A stretch of DNA of 64,000 bases, taken from Veleropilina oligotropha. Taxonomy: Eukaryota. The stretch spans positions 124,001 to 188,000 of the forward strand of contig JBEUKZ010000036.1 in assembly GCA_048128005.1 (NCBI GenBank), in the 5' to 3' direction. Position 1 is the stretch's first letter, and each line of letters begins with the position of its first letter. Under the pieces are notes generated by a model, which saw nothing but the letters and a program-made list of their open reading frames with translations, did no database searches and was not told the DNA's origin. This document shows positions 61,587 through 64,000 of this stretch, piece by piece. The translations under genes and the position numbers were made by a program.

Positions 61587-63813
61587 AATACATAGGTTGC
61601 AGATGACGTCACACAGTCCCATTATTATGTGCGCGGCGCCATTACGCAAGGCAAGGAATAACACGAGGGATATAAGATTACAGTATAAATCGATTCAATT
61701 ATGTGAAAATAAATGATAAAGTCTAAAAGATAGAAATTCACGGAAGCGTTTTGACGGTACTTTCAATATATATTGTCGCTTGGGTTCGATTTACTTTAGT
61801 TCATACAACAACAGCAGAGCCTTCGTCATTTAAATTAAATAACTGGTCCAATTTTGAGGCTATTAATTAAGCCTAGCCATAGCCAAAATTTCATTATAAT
61901 CTTACAATAATTATTAGCCTTTTGTGTTCTTTATTCAAATGTCGACGGTAACATTAGCGTTGAACATCCATCGAATTGAAATAAAATCAGACCGCCATCA
62001 AAGTTTGATACATTGATTCATATTGTTTTAAAACGTAAAAGTATGCGCCTACGTTAGTCCCTTTGATCGGAAATGTTGTCCATTGTAAAGTGAAAGCAAT
62101 TTTCGCATTCCGAGTGTATTTCGGTATTTATATATTTAATATAAAATTCGAGCTTATAATTTATTTCGTACATGCCTTGGGTCTGTGCACATATGGCGAC
62201 TGCTAGGGAACAAACACATACGCGCAGTGATACAGCTGTGGATTTTCAAACATGTGCGACACGTTAAGCTTAGTAGTCTTTTTCAAAAAACCCAAATAAA
62301 AATAAAAGCTTTAATGTGTTACCATTGGAAGAGTAGGTATACAGCAATTTTTTTGTTTCATTTTATAAACTTTGAAAGACAGACATTAGATCAAGAACTA
62401 TATTTTATTGCGAAACGTTCAAATTGCGCAAGCTGGTTATTTCAGTCAAATGGTTTTGTAGCCTAGATGTGTATACAAGAAACAATTGGTCTGCCGCACA
62501 AATAAAATGTTACCTATTTATCAGCTTGGCAATGACATCCTGTGGTCTCAATTGGATTATCAAGGACAATAACCATTGAAAATGACAATTAGCGCTGCAG
62601 CGGGGTACTAAAGAACGACGTGCGATGCATGCGCACTTTGGCTTTCAAGTCGGGGAAACATTCAATTAATCCGTAAAAAGACAAAAAGTACATACGTACT
62701 TTTTGGCTTTTTACGGATTAATCGAATGTTTCCCCGACTTGAAAGTCAAAGTGAGCATGCATCGCACGTCGTTCTTTAGTACCCCGCTGCAGTGCTAATT
62801 GTTATTTTCAATGGTTATTGTCTTGTTAATAATCCAATTGAGACCACAGGATGTCATTGCCAAGCTGATAAATAGGTAACATTTTATTTGTGCGGCAGAC
62901 CCATTGTTTTTTGTAAACACATCTTGGCTACAAAAACTATTTGACTGAAATAATAACCAGCTTGCGCAATTTTAACGTTCCGCAATAAAATATAGTTCTT
63001 GATCTAATGGCTGTCTTTCAAAGTTGATAAAATTAAACAAAAAATTTGCTGTATACCTACACTTCCAATAGTAACACATCAAAGCTTTTATTTTTATTTT
63101 GTTTTTGCAAAAGACTACTATACTAAGCTTAACGTGTCGCACATGTTTGGAAAATCCACAGCTGTATCACTGCGCGTATGAGTTTGTTCCGTAGCAGTCA
63201 CCATGTGCACAGACCCGAGGCATGTACGAAATAAATTATATGCTCAAATGTTAGATTAAATATATAAATACCGAAATAAACTCGGAATGCGAAAATTGCT
63301 TTCACTTTACAATGGACAACATTTCCGATCAAAGGGACTAACGTAGGCGCCTACTTTTACGTTTTAAAACAATATGAATCAATGTATCAAACTTTGATGG
63401 CGGTCTGATTTTATTTCAATTCAATGGATGTTCAACGCTATTGTTACCGTCGACAGTTGAATAAAGAACACAAAAGGTATTTATAAGGCTAATTGTAAGA
63501 TTCGAATGAAATTTTAGCTATGACTAGGCTTAATTAATAGCCTAATATTGGACCAGTTATTTAATTTAAATGACGAAGGCTCTGCTGTTGTTGGATGAAC
63601 TAAACCAAATCGAACCCAAATGACAATATATATTTAATATATTGAAAGTACCATCACAACGCTTCCGTGAATTTCTATCTTTATCATTTATTTTCACATA
63701 ATTGAATCGATTTATACTGTAATCTTATATCCCTCGTGTTATTCCTTTCCTTGAGCAATGGCGCCGCGCACAGAATTATGGGACTGCGTGACGTCATCTG
63801 CAACCTATGTATT
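61587..63813. repeat. 2.2-kb imperfect palindrome (foldback element)
   Basis: ~1.1-kb arms (AATACATAGGTTGCAGATGACGTCAC ... GTGACGTCATCTGCAACCTATGTATT) meeting at AAAAAGTAC-ATAC-GTACTTTTT near 62693. Confidence 0.93.
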
Positions 63814-64000
63814 CCTCGTAAATGCGCTCTTTTCGTGACTGTGTAGCATGACTGATCAACCTCTATCACACGGTTCGGGCTACTTCTATAGCATATAAGA
63901 CCGGGTGGACGTGCTTTTCATACCTACTGTCGTATCGTGACACAAACACATTTCTACGTTTCATCAATTTAATATACAAACAGTTGACTCATTCAAACGT

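Overview
AT-rich eukaryotic genomic DNA, probably from a marine invertebrate (mollusc-like, inferred only from the repeat types). I find no host gene: the window is almost entirely nested mobile DNA. The main feature is a complete 15.7-kb endogenous Polinton/adintovirus-like dsDNA virus (31516-47222) with ~175-bp AGCAGC...GCTGCT TIRs and a GTTCC target duplication. It encodes major and minor capsid proteins, a packaging ATPase, an rve integrase and several membrane proteins. It also encodes an unusual 1229-aa replicase in which a compact PolB core with no exonuclease motifs I can recognise is fused to an SF1B helicase and an HNH-like domain. No adenain protease is evident. The virus sits inside a spliced Sola-like transposon carrying a PHD finger, which itself sits inside a MULE. 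Also present: a full-length DIRS1-type retrotransposon (ITRs plus ICR) inserted in a palindromic MITE, a Tc1 DD34E element, Ginger/KRBA2-like, IS3EU-like, LINE and Helentron remnants, SINEs, (TA)n tracts, a TIR element with a higher-order tandem array, and a 2.2-kb palindrome. Family assignments come from motif recognition by eye, with no database searches.
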